Origin: Pseudomonas aeruginosa PAO1
GTDB taxonomy: Bacteria > Pseudomonadota > Gammaproteobacteria > Pseudomonadales > Pseudomonadaceae
Direction: 5' to 3' (one strand)
DNA: 64,000 nucleotides
Assembly (NCBI RefSeq): GCF_000006765.1
Contig: NC_002516.2
Position numbers and translations under genes: made by a program. Shown one piece after another: positions 26,462 to 35,149 of the stretch. The notes under the pieces are model-generated. The model was not told the DNA's origin and did not search any database. It saw nothing but the letters and a program-made list of their open reading frames with translations. Position 1 is the first letter of the stretch, and each line of letters begins with the position of its first letter.

Positions 26462-26935
26462 CCCCGTAGGGCGAATAGCGCCCCGGCGCTATCCGCCAGC
26501 GCACCGGTACCCCGCCCGGCGGATAGCCGCGAGCGGCTATTCGCCCTACCCGAGCTCCTCGTAACCCGTAGGGCGAATAGCGCCCTGGCGCTATCCGCCA
26601 GCGCACCGGTACCCCGTCCGGCGGATAGCCGCGAGCGGCTATTCGCCCTACCCGAGCATCCCCATTGACCCGTAGGGCGAATAGCGCCCCAGCGCTATCC
26701 GCCAGCGCACCGGAACCCCAGCCGGCGGATAGCCGCGAGCGGCTATTCGCCCTACCCGAGCATCCCCATTACCCGTAGGGCGAATAGCGCCCCAGCGCTA
26801 TCCGCCAACGCACCGGTACCCCACCCGGCGGATAGCCGCGAGCGGCTATTCGCCCTACCCGAGCATCCCCATTACCCGTAGGGCGAATAGCGCCCCAGCG
26901 CTATCCGCCAGCGCACCGGTACCTCGTCCTACCCG
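26462..26935. repeat. Second GTAG-family REP array, about 103-bp period (5 forward and 4 inverted REPs)
   Basis: GTAGGGCGAATAGCGCC at 26466, 26568, 26672, 26775 and 26878, alternating with inverted GTAGGGCGAATAGCCGCTCGCGGCTATCCGCC. Confidence 0.92.
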
Positions 26936-27693
26936 AGCGCCCCGTGCGCCCAGCGCCGGTAGAGTCCGCGCGCCGCCGCGTCGAGCAGGTAGCCGAGCAG
27001 GCCGATCAGCAGCACCATCGCCATCAGCTCGGAGTACGCCAGGCGGTCGCGGGTGTCGAGGATGTAGTAGCCGAGCCCGGCGCTGACGCCAAGCATCTCG
27101 CAGGGCACCAGGACGATCCAGAGGATGCCGATGGCCAGGCGCACGCCGGTCAGCACATGGCCGAGGATGCCCGGCAGGATCACCCGGCGCAGGGTTTCCC
27201 AGGGCGTGGCGGCGAGGCTGCGGCTCAGTTGCAGCCAGCGCGGGTCGAGCTGGCGCACGCCGGCGGCGGTATTCAGCAGGATCGGCCAGAGCGCGGCGAA
27301 GGCCAGCAGGAAATAGATCGGCTGGTCGCCCACGCCCATCAGCATCACCGCGATGGGCATCCACGACAGCGGCGAGATCATCCGCAGGAACTGGAACGCC
27401 GGAGTGGTCGCCGCTTCCAGGTTGCGCGAGGCGCCCACCAGCAGCCCCAGCGGCACTCCCACCAGCAGCGCCAGGAACAAGCCCAGCAGGACCCGTTTCA
27501 GGCTCACCAGCACGTGCTCGTAGAGTTCGCGGCGTTCCAGCAGTTCACCCAGGCTGAGCAACGTCGCCTGCGGCGAGAAGCGTGCCGAAAGGCCGTCGGC
27601 GGCGCCGAACAGGGCCACGCCGAGCCACCACAGGGCGAACAGCGTCAACAGCCCGGCGACGCCTAGCGCGCCCTGGCGCAGCGTCTGCCTCAC
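26929..27693 (-). CDS. ABC transporter permease
   Basis: FLRMISPLSWMPIA, ILPGILGHVLTGVRLAIG; SsuC/NrtB-like class. Confidence 0.88.
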   Translation of the reverse strand: MRQTLRQGALGVAGLLTLFALWWLGVALFGAADGLSARFSPQATLLSLGELLERRELYEHVLVSLKRVLLGLFLALLVGVPLGLLVGASRNLEAATTPAFQFLRMISPLSWMPIAVMLMGVGDQPIYFLLAFAALWPILLNTAAGVRQLDPRWLQLSRSLAATPWETLRRVILPGILGHVLTGVRLAIGILWIVLVPCEMLGVSAGLGYYILDTRDRLAYSELMAMVLLIGLLGYLLDAAARGLYRRWAHGALG

Positions 27694-28889
27694 GGGCTGA
27701 TCTCCTCGCTGCGCTGGAAGCCCTCGGCGAGGCCGAACGCCTGCAACCCGCCGACCTCTGCCAGGGCCTGGCGGACGAAGCGGTCGTCCACCAGGTCACT
27801 GGCCACCTGGCGCGGATCGAGGCTAGCGAGGAAGGCATTATTGCCTTCGATCAGGGTGTCCTTCAGCCGCCGCACCAGTTCCTCGGTATAGCTCGGATAG
27901 GGATAGGGCTGGAAGTCGATGCGCCGCTCCTGCCAGTCGGCGTGGCGGATCGCGCCGCTGGCGAGATAGGCCTGCTGCTCCTCGGCGCCCGGCGCCAGCA
28001 CCCGGCCGAGGACCTCCGGTGCGTGCGGCGTATAGCGGTTGGCTCCGGCCTTGGACAGCAACTGTGCGGCCTCGGCGCGGTGCTCGCGAGTCCATAGCTG
28101 GGCCTTGACGATGGCGTTGACCACCTTTTGCGACCACTGCGGCCGCCGCTCCAGGTCGTGTTCGTGCATGAACACCACGCAGCAGGCGTGGTTGCGCCAG
28201 ACATCGCCGGTGAAGCGCTGTACCCGGCCGACCTTGAGGTTCTCCGCCAGGGCGTTGAACGGCTCGGCGACGATGTAGCCGTGGATGCGCTTGCTGGCCA
28301 GCGCCGGTGGCATGTCCGAAGGCGGCAGCACCACCAGGTTGACCTCGTCGGCGGCCAGCGCCGCGCCCACCGCACGGCTCACCGCGCGCAGGCCGTTGTC
28401 GCGCAGCAGTTGCTGCAACACCACGTTGTGGATCGAGTACCAGAACGGGATCGCCACGCTCTTGCCGCCGAGCTGGCGCACGTCGGCGATCTCCGGAGCC
28501 ACCGTGAGCCCCGAGCCGCCGACGTGGTTCCAGGCCACCACCTTGGCCGGCACCTTGCTGCCGTAGCGGGCCCAGACGGTCATCGGCGACAGCAGGTGGA
28601 TGACGTTGACCTGGCCGGAGATGAACGCCTCGATCACCTGCGCCCAGCTACGCAACAGCACCGGCCGTTCGGCCTGGATGCCCTCGGCCTCGAACAGGCC
28701 GTTGGCATGGGCCACCAGCAAGGGCGTGGCGTCGGTGATCGGCAGGTAGCCGATGCGCACCGGCGCGTCGGGTTCGGCGGCGGCACGCGCCTGCAGGCTG
28801 CTCAGCAGCGGCAACGCGCCGGCAGCGCTGAGCAGCGCGGCGAGCTTGAGGATGTCACGTCGGGAATGGGTCGGGTCGTCCAGGCACAT
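27690..28889 (-). CDS. ABC substrate-binding protein with Tat signal (NrtA/CmpA-like)
   Basis: SRRDILK twin-arginine motif; VRIGYLPITDATPLLVA; GGAGG RBS before MCLDD. Confidence 0.85.
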   Translation of the reverse strand: MCLDDPTHSRRDILKLAALLSAAGALPLLSSLQARAAAEPDAPVRIGYLPITDATPLLVAHANGLFEAEGIQAERPVLLRSWAQVIEAFISGQVNVIHLLSPMTVWARYGSKVPAKVVAWNHVGGSGLTVAPEIADVRQLGGKSVAIPFWYSIHNVVLQQLLRDNGLRAVSRAVGAALAADEVNLVVLPPSDMPPALASKRIHGYIVAEPFNALAENLKVGRVQRFTGDVWRNHACCVVFMHEHDLERRPQWSQKVVNAIVKAQLWTREHRAEAAQLLSKAGANRYTPHAPEVLGRVLAPGAEEQQAYLASGAIRHADWQERRIDFQPYPYPSYTEELVRRLKDTLIEGNNAFLASLDPRQVASDLVDDRFVRQALAEVGGLQAFGLAEGFQRSEEISP

Positions 28890-29691
28890 GGGAGGCCTCC
28901 GGCTGAGCGATGGGATGGGCATGGGTGCGGCTCGCCCGCCGTAGGGTTTTCAGGATCTCGATGCGCAACGCGCCCAGTTCCTCGACCAGCTCCGCGCGTG
29001 GCTGCGGCAGGTCGATGCGCCACTCGCCGAGGGTCCGCGCCGGGCTGTCACCCAGTAGCAGGATGCGTTCGGAGAGCAGCAGGGCCTCGTCGATATCGTG
29101 GGTGATCAGGACCACGGCGGTGCCGCGCTCGTGGATCGCCCGCAGCAGCAGCTGCTGCATGTCGGCGCGGGTCACTTCGTCCAGCGCGCCGAAAGGTTCG
29201 TCGAGCAGCAGCACTTTCGGCTGCCGCGCCAGGCAGCGGGCCAGCGCGGTGCGCTGGGCCATGCCGCCGGAGAGTTGCGCCGGGTAGCGGGCACGGGCGT
29301 GCTCCAGGCCGACCGCGGCGATCGCCTGGTCGACGCGGGCCTGGCGGGTGGCCGCGTCGAGGTGCGGCTGGCGGGCGAAATCGAGGCCGAAGGCGACGTT
29401 CTTCTCCAGGTTCAGCCAGGGCAGCAGGCTGGGGTCCTGGAACGCCACCGCGACGCCCGGATGCGGTCCGCGCAGGGGCTCGCCGAGTACCCGCACGCTG
29501 CCGGCGGCCGGCTCCTGCAGGCCGGCCAGCACGCGCAGCAGGCTGGACTTGCCGACGCCGCTGGGACCGAGGATCGAGACCACCTCGCCGGCGCCCAGGC
29601 GCAATTCGAAATCGCCGAGCACCGCCTGCCAGCCGGCACCGCGCGGATAGCCGAGGGCGATCCCGCGAGCGTCGAGGAGCGCCTCGCTCAT
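28855..29691 (-). CDS. ABC transporter ATP-binding protein
   Basis: GPSGVGKS, LSGGMAQR, LLLDEPF, ITHDIDEA. Confidence 0.92.
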   Translation of the reverse strand: MSEALLDARGIALGYPRGAGWQAVLGDFELRLGAGEVVSILGPSGVGKSSLLRVLAGLQEPAAGSVRVLGEPLRGPHPGVAVAFQDPSLLPWLNLEKNVAFGLDFARQPHLDAATRQARVDQAIAAVGLEHARARYPAQLSGGMAQRTALARCLARQPKVLLLDEPFGALDEVTRADMQQLLLRAIHERGTAVVLITHDIDEALLLSERILLLGDSPARTLGEWRIDLPQPRAELVEELGALRIEILKTLRRASRTHAHPIAQPEASHVPGRPDPFPT

Positions 29692-30755
29692 GCCTTGGCC
29701 TCGGCCTGGCGTTGCAGTTCGGCGCGCAGTTGCACCAGGCTCGGCGTAACGATCGGGACGAACGCCGACTCGCGCCAGCGGCGGGCGAAACCGGCGCCGT
29801 GCTCGCTCAGGTAGGCCTTGCCGCCGCTGGCCTGCAACTCCAGTTGCACGGCATTGGCGGCGGCTTCGGCGAGCCCGATGCGGATGCGGAACAAGCGTGC
29901 CGGCTGGCTGGCGAACTCGCCGCTGGCCAGTCCGGCGTGCAGCGCCGCCACGTGTCCGTCGAGGGTTTCGCGCTGTGCCGCCAGCTCGCCATCCAGGAGC
30001 GAACGGCTGCCGCCCAGGTGCCGCTGCACTTCGTCCAGTGCGCGGCGCGCCAGGCCGATGGCCATGCCGCATTGCAGGCCGAGGAAGGCCGGGCGCACCC
30101 GTGGCAGGAACTGCCGGGCGTCGTCGTGCAACAGCCAGTCGCGCCCGACCGCCACCGCGCGCAGATCGAGGGCGGCGGTGTTGCTGCATTGCAGGCCGAG
30201 CAGGCGCAGGTCCGCCGAGCGCTGCAAGCCGGCGAGTCCTTCGGGAATCGCCAGGACGAAGGGCTTGCCGCCCTCCCCGTGTTCGATCGCCGCCGCCACC
30301 ACGAAATCGCCGCTGCGCAGGTTGGTCACCCACGGCAGGCGACCGTCCAGGCGCCAGCCGGCCTCCTCCGCGTGCGCCACCACCTGCAGCGCCTCGATCC
30401 CGGAGAGGAACTTCATCGCGTTGGACAGCCCGGTGGCGCCGGCCAGGCGGCCGGCCAGCAGGTCGCCGAGCAGGCGTTGGCGCAGTTCCTGGTTGGGACT
30501 CTGCAACAGGTACTCGATGAAGGCGCGCTGGCCCCAGAAGACGAACGCCGCGGTCAGCGAGCGCGCCGCCACTGCGGCCACCCGCTCCACCGCGTCGGCG
30601 AGCGTGCCGCCGGCGCCGCCGAGGCGTTCCTCCACCGCCACGCCGAGCACGCCGGCGGCGGCCAGGCGCGGCAGCAGCGCGGCGGGATCGGCGTCGCCGC
30701 GGTCGAGGGCGTCGGCCTGGCGGTCGAGCCAGTCGCTCAGGGTCGGGTCAAGCAT
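29688..30755 (-). CDS. Acyl-CoA dehydrogenase-like flavoprotein
   Basis: GATGLSNAMK, LDGRLPWVTN, LLGLQCSNTA, FARRWRESAF. Confidence 0.75.
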   Translation of the reverse strand: MLDPTLSDWLDRQADALDRGDADPAALLPRLAAAGVLGVAVEERLGGAGGTLADAVERVAAVAARSLTAAFVFWGQRAFIEYLLQSPNQELRQRLLGDLLAGRLAGATGLSNAMKFLSGIEALQVVAHAEEAGWRLDGRLPWVTNLRSGDFVVAAAIEHGEGGKPFVLAIPEGLAGLQRSADLRLLGLQCSNTAALDLRAVAVGRDWLLHDDARQFLPRVRPAFLGLQCGMAIGLARRALDEVQRHLGGSRSLLDGELAAQRETLDGHVAALHAGLASGEFASQPARLFRIRIGLAEAAANAVQLELQASGGKAYLSEHGAGFARRWRESAFVPIVTPSLVQLRAELQRQAEAKA

Positions 30756-30804
30756 GGTCGTCACTCCTTGCGCCGGCGCGGCATGCCGCCCGGCAAGCGC
30801 AGGC

Positions 30805-31365
30805 TCAGGCCTGCGGGTTGGTCCAGCGATATTGCTCCAGCTCGGCATTGAGCGGCGTGCGGGCGAACACGTTGGCGAAGTTGCAGAGCGTCGCCAGGCT
30901 CACCCCGAGGATCACTTCCAGGGCCTGGGCCTGGTCGAAACCGGCGGCGCGGAAGGCTTCGAACTGCTCGTCGGTGACCGCACCGCGGCTGGCGATCACC
31001 GCGCGGGTGAAGTCGGCCAGGGCTTCGTAGCGGGCATCGGGCAGTTCGCCGCGGGCGCGCAGGGCCTCGATCACCGGCTCCGGCAGGCGCGCCTTGTTGC
31101 GCGCCACCGCGGTGTGCCCGGCAACGCAGAAGTCGCAGCCATGGGTGGTGGCCGCCACCAGTTGCACCACTTCCCGCTCGGGCAGGCCGAGGCTGGCCTT
31201 GGCGTTCAGCCCGGACACGGTGAGGTAGGTTTCCAGGGCGGCCGGCGCATTGGCCAGCACGCCGAGCAGATTCGGGATATAACCCGAGTTGTTCAGCGCG
31301 GTCTGGAGGAACGGACGCGCCGCCTCGGGGGCGTTTTCCAGGGTGAGCACGGGAACGCGTGACAT
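30805..31365 (-). CDS. AhpD/carboxymuconolactone decarboxylase-family protein
   Basis: REVVQLVAATTHGCDFCVAGH (E-x11-CxxC-xx-H AhpD motif). Confidence 0.85.
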   Translation of the reverse strand: MSRVPVLTLENAPEAARPFLQTALNNSGYIPNLLGVLANAPAALETYLTVSGLNAKASLGLPEREVVQLVAATTHGCDFCVAGHTAVARNKARLPEPVIEALRARGELPDARYEALADFTRAVIASRGAVTDEQFEAFRAAGFDQAQALEVILGVSLATLCNFANVFARTPLNAELEQYRWTNPQA

Positions 31366-31469
31366 GCTTTCGACTCCGGTGGTTGAGGTGTCGAAGAAGT
31401 CTCTTGGTAATAAGAAATCCATTCAATATTCTAAAGTCGCTATCACTTGCTCTTGAGTCTTTCCCTTAG

Positions 31470-32375
31470 ATGAATTCGTCCAACCCCCTTGTCGATTGGT
31501 TATTAGACAGCCTCGAAGTCGACACCAGCCTGTTCCATGTCGGTCGCTACTGCGGCGGCTGGCATGCCTCCACCCACGGTCTGGCGCGTGCCAGCTTCCA
31601 CCTGGTGGTGCAGGGACACTGCTGGGCGCACGTCGCCGGAAGCGCCCGGGGCTGGCGACTGGACAGCGGCGACGCGCTGTTCTTCCTGCGCGACGTCGAG
31701 TTCCGCCTGTCCAGCGAGGCCACCGCCGAGGCCGCGCGCTGCCAGCCGCGTGGCGAAATGCAGGCGCTGGAGTGGAACGCGGCGGACGGTGCCGGCCTGG
31801 TCTGCGGGTTCTTCCACTTCCATTCGGGATTGTCCGGGCTGATCGTCGACGCCCTGCCCGACTGGCTGATCCTGCGCGCCGGCGATCCGGCGCTGGACGC
31901 GGCGCGACGCCTGTTCGCCCTGATCGTCGACGAGTGCCGCCGCCAGCCGGCGCCGTCGCCGGTTCTGCTGGAGCGCCTCAGCCACCTGCTGTTCCTCTAC
32001 GTGTTGCGCCAGCAGGTGCTCGACAACCCGACCCTCGGCGGCCTGGTGGCACTGGCACGCCAGCCGCAGTTCGCCGGCCTGCTGGAAGCGCTGATCGAGG
32101 CACCCGAACAGCCCTGGAGCCTGGAACAGATGGCCGAACGCACCGGACTCTCGCGCTCGGCCTTCTTCAAGCGCTTCAACGAACTCAGCGGTCAGTCGCC
32201 GGGGCAGGTCCTGCTGGCCCTGCGCATGCACCGCGCCTGCGCCCTGCTGCGCGCCGACGCCAGCGTCGCCGAGGTCGCGGCGGCGGTCGGCTACCAGTCC
32301 ACCGCCGCCTTCACCCGTGCCTTCCACAAGGCCACCGGACAGCAGCCGGGGGCCTATCGCAAGGCCAGCCGCTGA
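31470..32375 (+). CDS. AraC-family regulator with N-terminal cupin domain (RclR-like)
   Basis: FHLVVQGHCW, LVCGFFHF, C-terminal WSLEQMAERTGLSRSAF...VGYQSTAAFTRAFHK; divergent from the AhpD operon. Confidence 0.85.
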   Translation: MNSSNPLVDWLLDSLEVDTSLFHVGRYCGGWHASTHGLARASFHLVVQGHCWAHVAGSARGWRLDSGDALFFLRDVEFRLSSEATAEAARCQPRGEMQALEWNAADGAGLVCGFFHFHSGLSGLIVDALPDWLILRAGDPALDAARRLFALIVDECRRQPAPSPVLLERLSHLLFLYVLRQQVLDNPTLGGLVALARQPQFAGLLEALIEAPEQPWSLEQMAERTGLSRSAFFKRFNELSGQSPGQVLLALRMHRACALLRADASVAEVAAAVGYQSTAAFTRAFHKATGQQPGAYRKASR

Positions 32376-33992
32376 TCACCAGAGACCGATCGGTACCAGG
32401 CGCCCGCCTTCCGGCTCGCCGTAGCGGAACGCCTGGCCGCGCAGGTCGATCTCCGCGTTGCTGATGGTAGTCCGCCGCTTCAGCCCGCGCAGCCAGTCGA
32501 ACAGCATCCCGGCATGGGCCTCGCGCACCGCCGCATGCGCCGGGTCGGCGCCGAGGTCGCGCAATTCGCCGGGGTCGCTGGCAAGGTCGAACAGTTGGGC
32601 GCGGAAGCCGTCGTAGGCGATGTACTTCCAGCGCTCGCTGCGCACCATGTACATGCGGCAGGCATCGATGGGTCGGCCCAGGCGCTCCCGCGCCGGCGCC
32701 TGGAAGGCGTAGTCGTACTCGGCGATGGCGTAGCGGCGCCAGTCCGCCGGCGGCGCGCCATGGACGAAGGGCAGCAGCGAACGGCCCTCGATGCGATGGC
32801 TGGCGGGCTCGACGGCGAAGGCTTCGAGGATGCTCGGCAGTACGTCGATGGACTGCACCAGCGCCTCCTCCACCCGGCCGCGGGTGGCGTCCGCCTCGGG
32901 GCGCGGATCGCGGATCAGCAACGGCACGCCCACCGCCGACTCGAGGAGGAACTCCTTCTCGCCCAGGCCGTGGTCGCCGAGGAAATCGCCATGGTCACTG
33001 GTGAAGACGATCAGGGTATCGTCCCAGCGCCCGCTGGCGCGCATGTGCTGGAAGAGCCGGCCGAGCTGGTCGTCGACCTGGCGGATCAGCCCCATGTAGG
33101 TAGGTATCACCTGCCGGCGCACGTCTTCGCGGGAGAAATTGAGGCTCTCGCGATGTTCGCGGAAGGCGCGGTACACCGGGTGGTCGCTTTCTTCGCCGGG
33201 CGCCGCGCGTAGCGCCGGGAGCACCTGGTCGGCGCGGTACAGCGCGTGGTACGGCGCCGGCGCGATGTAGGGCCAGTGCGGCTTGATGTAGGACAGGTGC
33301 AGGCACCAGGGACGCTCGCCCTGCTCGTCGATGAAATCCATGGCGCGACGGGTGGTATAGGCGGTCTCGCTGTGCGCCTCCGGCAAGCGTGTCGGCAATC
33401 CGGCATGGCGCATCCGCCAGCCGCTGAGGATTTCCCCGTCGGCGCCGGCGGCGGCGTTGGCCCAGTCGTGCCAGGGGTTGTCGCCGGTGAAGCCGAGGCG
33501 CCGCAGGTAGTGGGTGTAGGGCGCGCGTTCGCGCTTGTCGGCGAAGGCCGGGTCATCCGGGTAGACCCCATCATTGCGGTCGTAGGGCTCGAAGCCGGCT
33601 TCGGCGAGGGCCGCGCCGCGCGCGCTAGCCGGATCGATGCCGAGCCGCCGCATGCCTTCCAGGTTGGCCGTGGCGTGGGTCTTGCCGACCAGCGCGGTGC
33701 GGACTCCCGCGGCGCGCAGGTAGTCGCCCAGGGTCAGCTCCTCCAGCGGCAGCGGCACCGCGTTCCAGGCCACCTGGTGGCTGCTGACGTAGCGCCCGGT
33801 GTACGAGGACATCCGCGACGGCCCGCAGATGGTGCCCTGGGTATAGGCACGGGCGAAGCGCACGCCCTCCGCGGCCAGGCGGTCGATGTTCGGCGTGTGC
33901 AGATAGGGATGGCCGTAGCAGGACAGGTAATCGCGACGCAGTTGGTCGCACATGATGTAGAGGACGTTGCGGATCGGCTTGGGCTGGCTCAT
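32376..33992 (-). CDS. Formylglycine-type sulfatase/phosphonate monoesterase-family hydrolase
   Basis: CDQLRRD, HTPNIDRLA, CGPSR (CxPxR), GKTH, KPHWP, SDHG. Confidence 0.9.
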   Translation of the reverse strand: MSQPKPIRNVLYIMCDQLRRDYLSCYGHPYLHTPNIDRLAAEGVRFARAYTQGTICGPSRMSSYTGRYVSSHQVAWNAVPLPLEELTLGDYLRAAGVRTALVGKTHATANLEGMRRLGIDPASARGAALAEAGFEPYDRNDGVYPDDPAFADKRERAPYTHYLRRLGFTGDNPWHDWANAAAGADGEILSGWRMRHAGLPTRLPEAHSETAYTTRRAMDFIDEQGERPWCLHLSYIKPHWPYIAPAPYHALYRADQVLPALRAAPGEESDHPVYRAFREHRESLNFSREDVRRQVIPTYMGLIRQVDDQLGRLFQHMRASGRWDDTLIVFTSDHGDFLGDHGLGEKEFLLESAVGVPLLIRDPRPEADATRGRVEEALVQSIDVLPSILEAFAVEPASHRIEGRSLLPFVHGAPPADWRRYAIAEYDYAFQAPARERLGRPIDACRMYMVRSERWKYIAYDGFRAQLFDLASDPGELRDLGADPAHAAVREAHAGMLFDWLRGLKRRTTISNAEIDLRGQAFRYGEPEGGRLVPIGLW

Positions 33993-34088
33993 GACGGCTC
34001 GCGAAAAGGAAACGACGCTTCATTTCGCGGTCCGCCGCGTCCGGCGGCAAGCGCATTCGGAACATAGTTGGCATGCGTGCGACGCAAT

Positions 34089-35000
34089 TCAGGTGGCGTC
34101 GTCGACCCGCTTCAGTTCGTCGATCATCGCCTCCGCCAGCGGCGACAGGCTGTAGCCGGCGCGGCTGACGATGCCGTAGCGGGTATGCAGTTCGTCGAGG
34201 TCGTCGGGCAGCTCGCGCACCCGCAGCGGACGCAGGCCTCCCTGTCCCGGCGGCGCCAGGTCGCCGAGGCCGCTGCTGATGCCGATGGCATCCGAGGCGA
34301 GAACCACGCCGAGCAGGCTATGGCCGTTCTCGCACTCGATGGCCGGGCGGAAGTCGGGACGCCCGCTGAGGTCCACCAGCACCTTGCGGATGTTCGGCGG
34401 GCTGATGTTGGTCGCCAGCGGGAAGCTCAACAGCTCCTCGGCGGAAACGCTCTCGCGAGCGGCCAGCGGATGCCCCTCGCGGCAGCAGAAATGCCAGCGC
34501 CGGGGACGCAGGCGCGAGGTCCGGTATTGCGGGTCGGCCTCGAAATGCCGGGTGTCGGCGACGAAGAACTCGAACTCCTCGGCCTGCAGGCGGCGGTTCA
34601 GCGCCTGCCAGTGTTCGACCTGGAAACTCACCCGCGCCTTCGGATAACGCACGTTGAAGCGCCCCACCGCACGCGGCACCAGCCAGGTGGCGGGAGCCGG
34701 TCCGGCGCCGAAGCGCAGTTCGCCGGCCTCCAGGCCGTTGAACAGGGCGATCTCGTTGGCCAGGTTGTGCGCGCCGCTGACCAGCCGGCGCGCATGTTCG
34801 AGGACGATCAGGCCCTGCTTGGTCGGACGCAGGTCCTTGGCCGCGCGGTCCACCAGGCGGCAGCCAGCGCTGTGTTCGAGCGCCTGGATGCTGCGGCTGA
34901 AGGCCGATTGCGAAAGGTTAACCGCCAGCGCCGCGGCGACGAAGCTGCGGTGCTCGTGAAGGGCGATGAAGTGGCGGAGCTGGCGGAGATCGATATGCAT
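34089..35000 (-). CDS. LysR-family regulator (SftR-like by context)
   Basis: IDLRQLRHF...NLSQSAFSRSIQALE HTH; divergent from the TonB receptor. Confidence 0.88.
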   Translation of the reverse strand: MHIDLRQLRHFIALHEHRSFVAAALAVNLSQSAFSRSIQALEHSAGCRLVDRAAKDLRPTKQGLIVLEHARRLVSGAHNLANEIALFNGLEAGELRFGAGPAPATWLVPRAVGRFNVRYPKARVSFQVEHWQALNRRLQAEEFEFFVADTRHFEADPQYRTSRLRPRRWHFCCREGHPLAARESVSAEELLSFPLATNISPPNIRKVLVDLSGRPDFRPAIECENGHSLLGVVLASDAIGISSGLGDLAPPGQGGLRPLRVRELPDDLDELHTRYGIVSRAGYSLSPLAEAMIDELKRVDDAT

Positions 35001-35149
35001 TTTCTACATGGAAAATATCGGGCGAATGCAATTGCCGGGGACGGCGTGGGCTTTTTATAAAGGCAATCTCTTATTCCGTAAAAGCAATATAAAACATAAA
35101 TAAATAACCATACGGAATTAGCAGTCACCCCTTCATCCAGGACCCACAC

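Noticed and set aside
26462-26935. Second tandem repeat as a CRISPR array or sRNA cluster
   Set aside because: Same REP architecture with conserved linkers; no leader or unique spacers.
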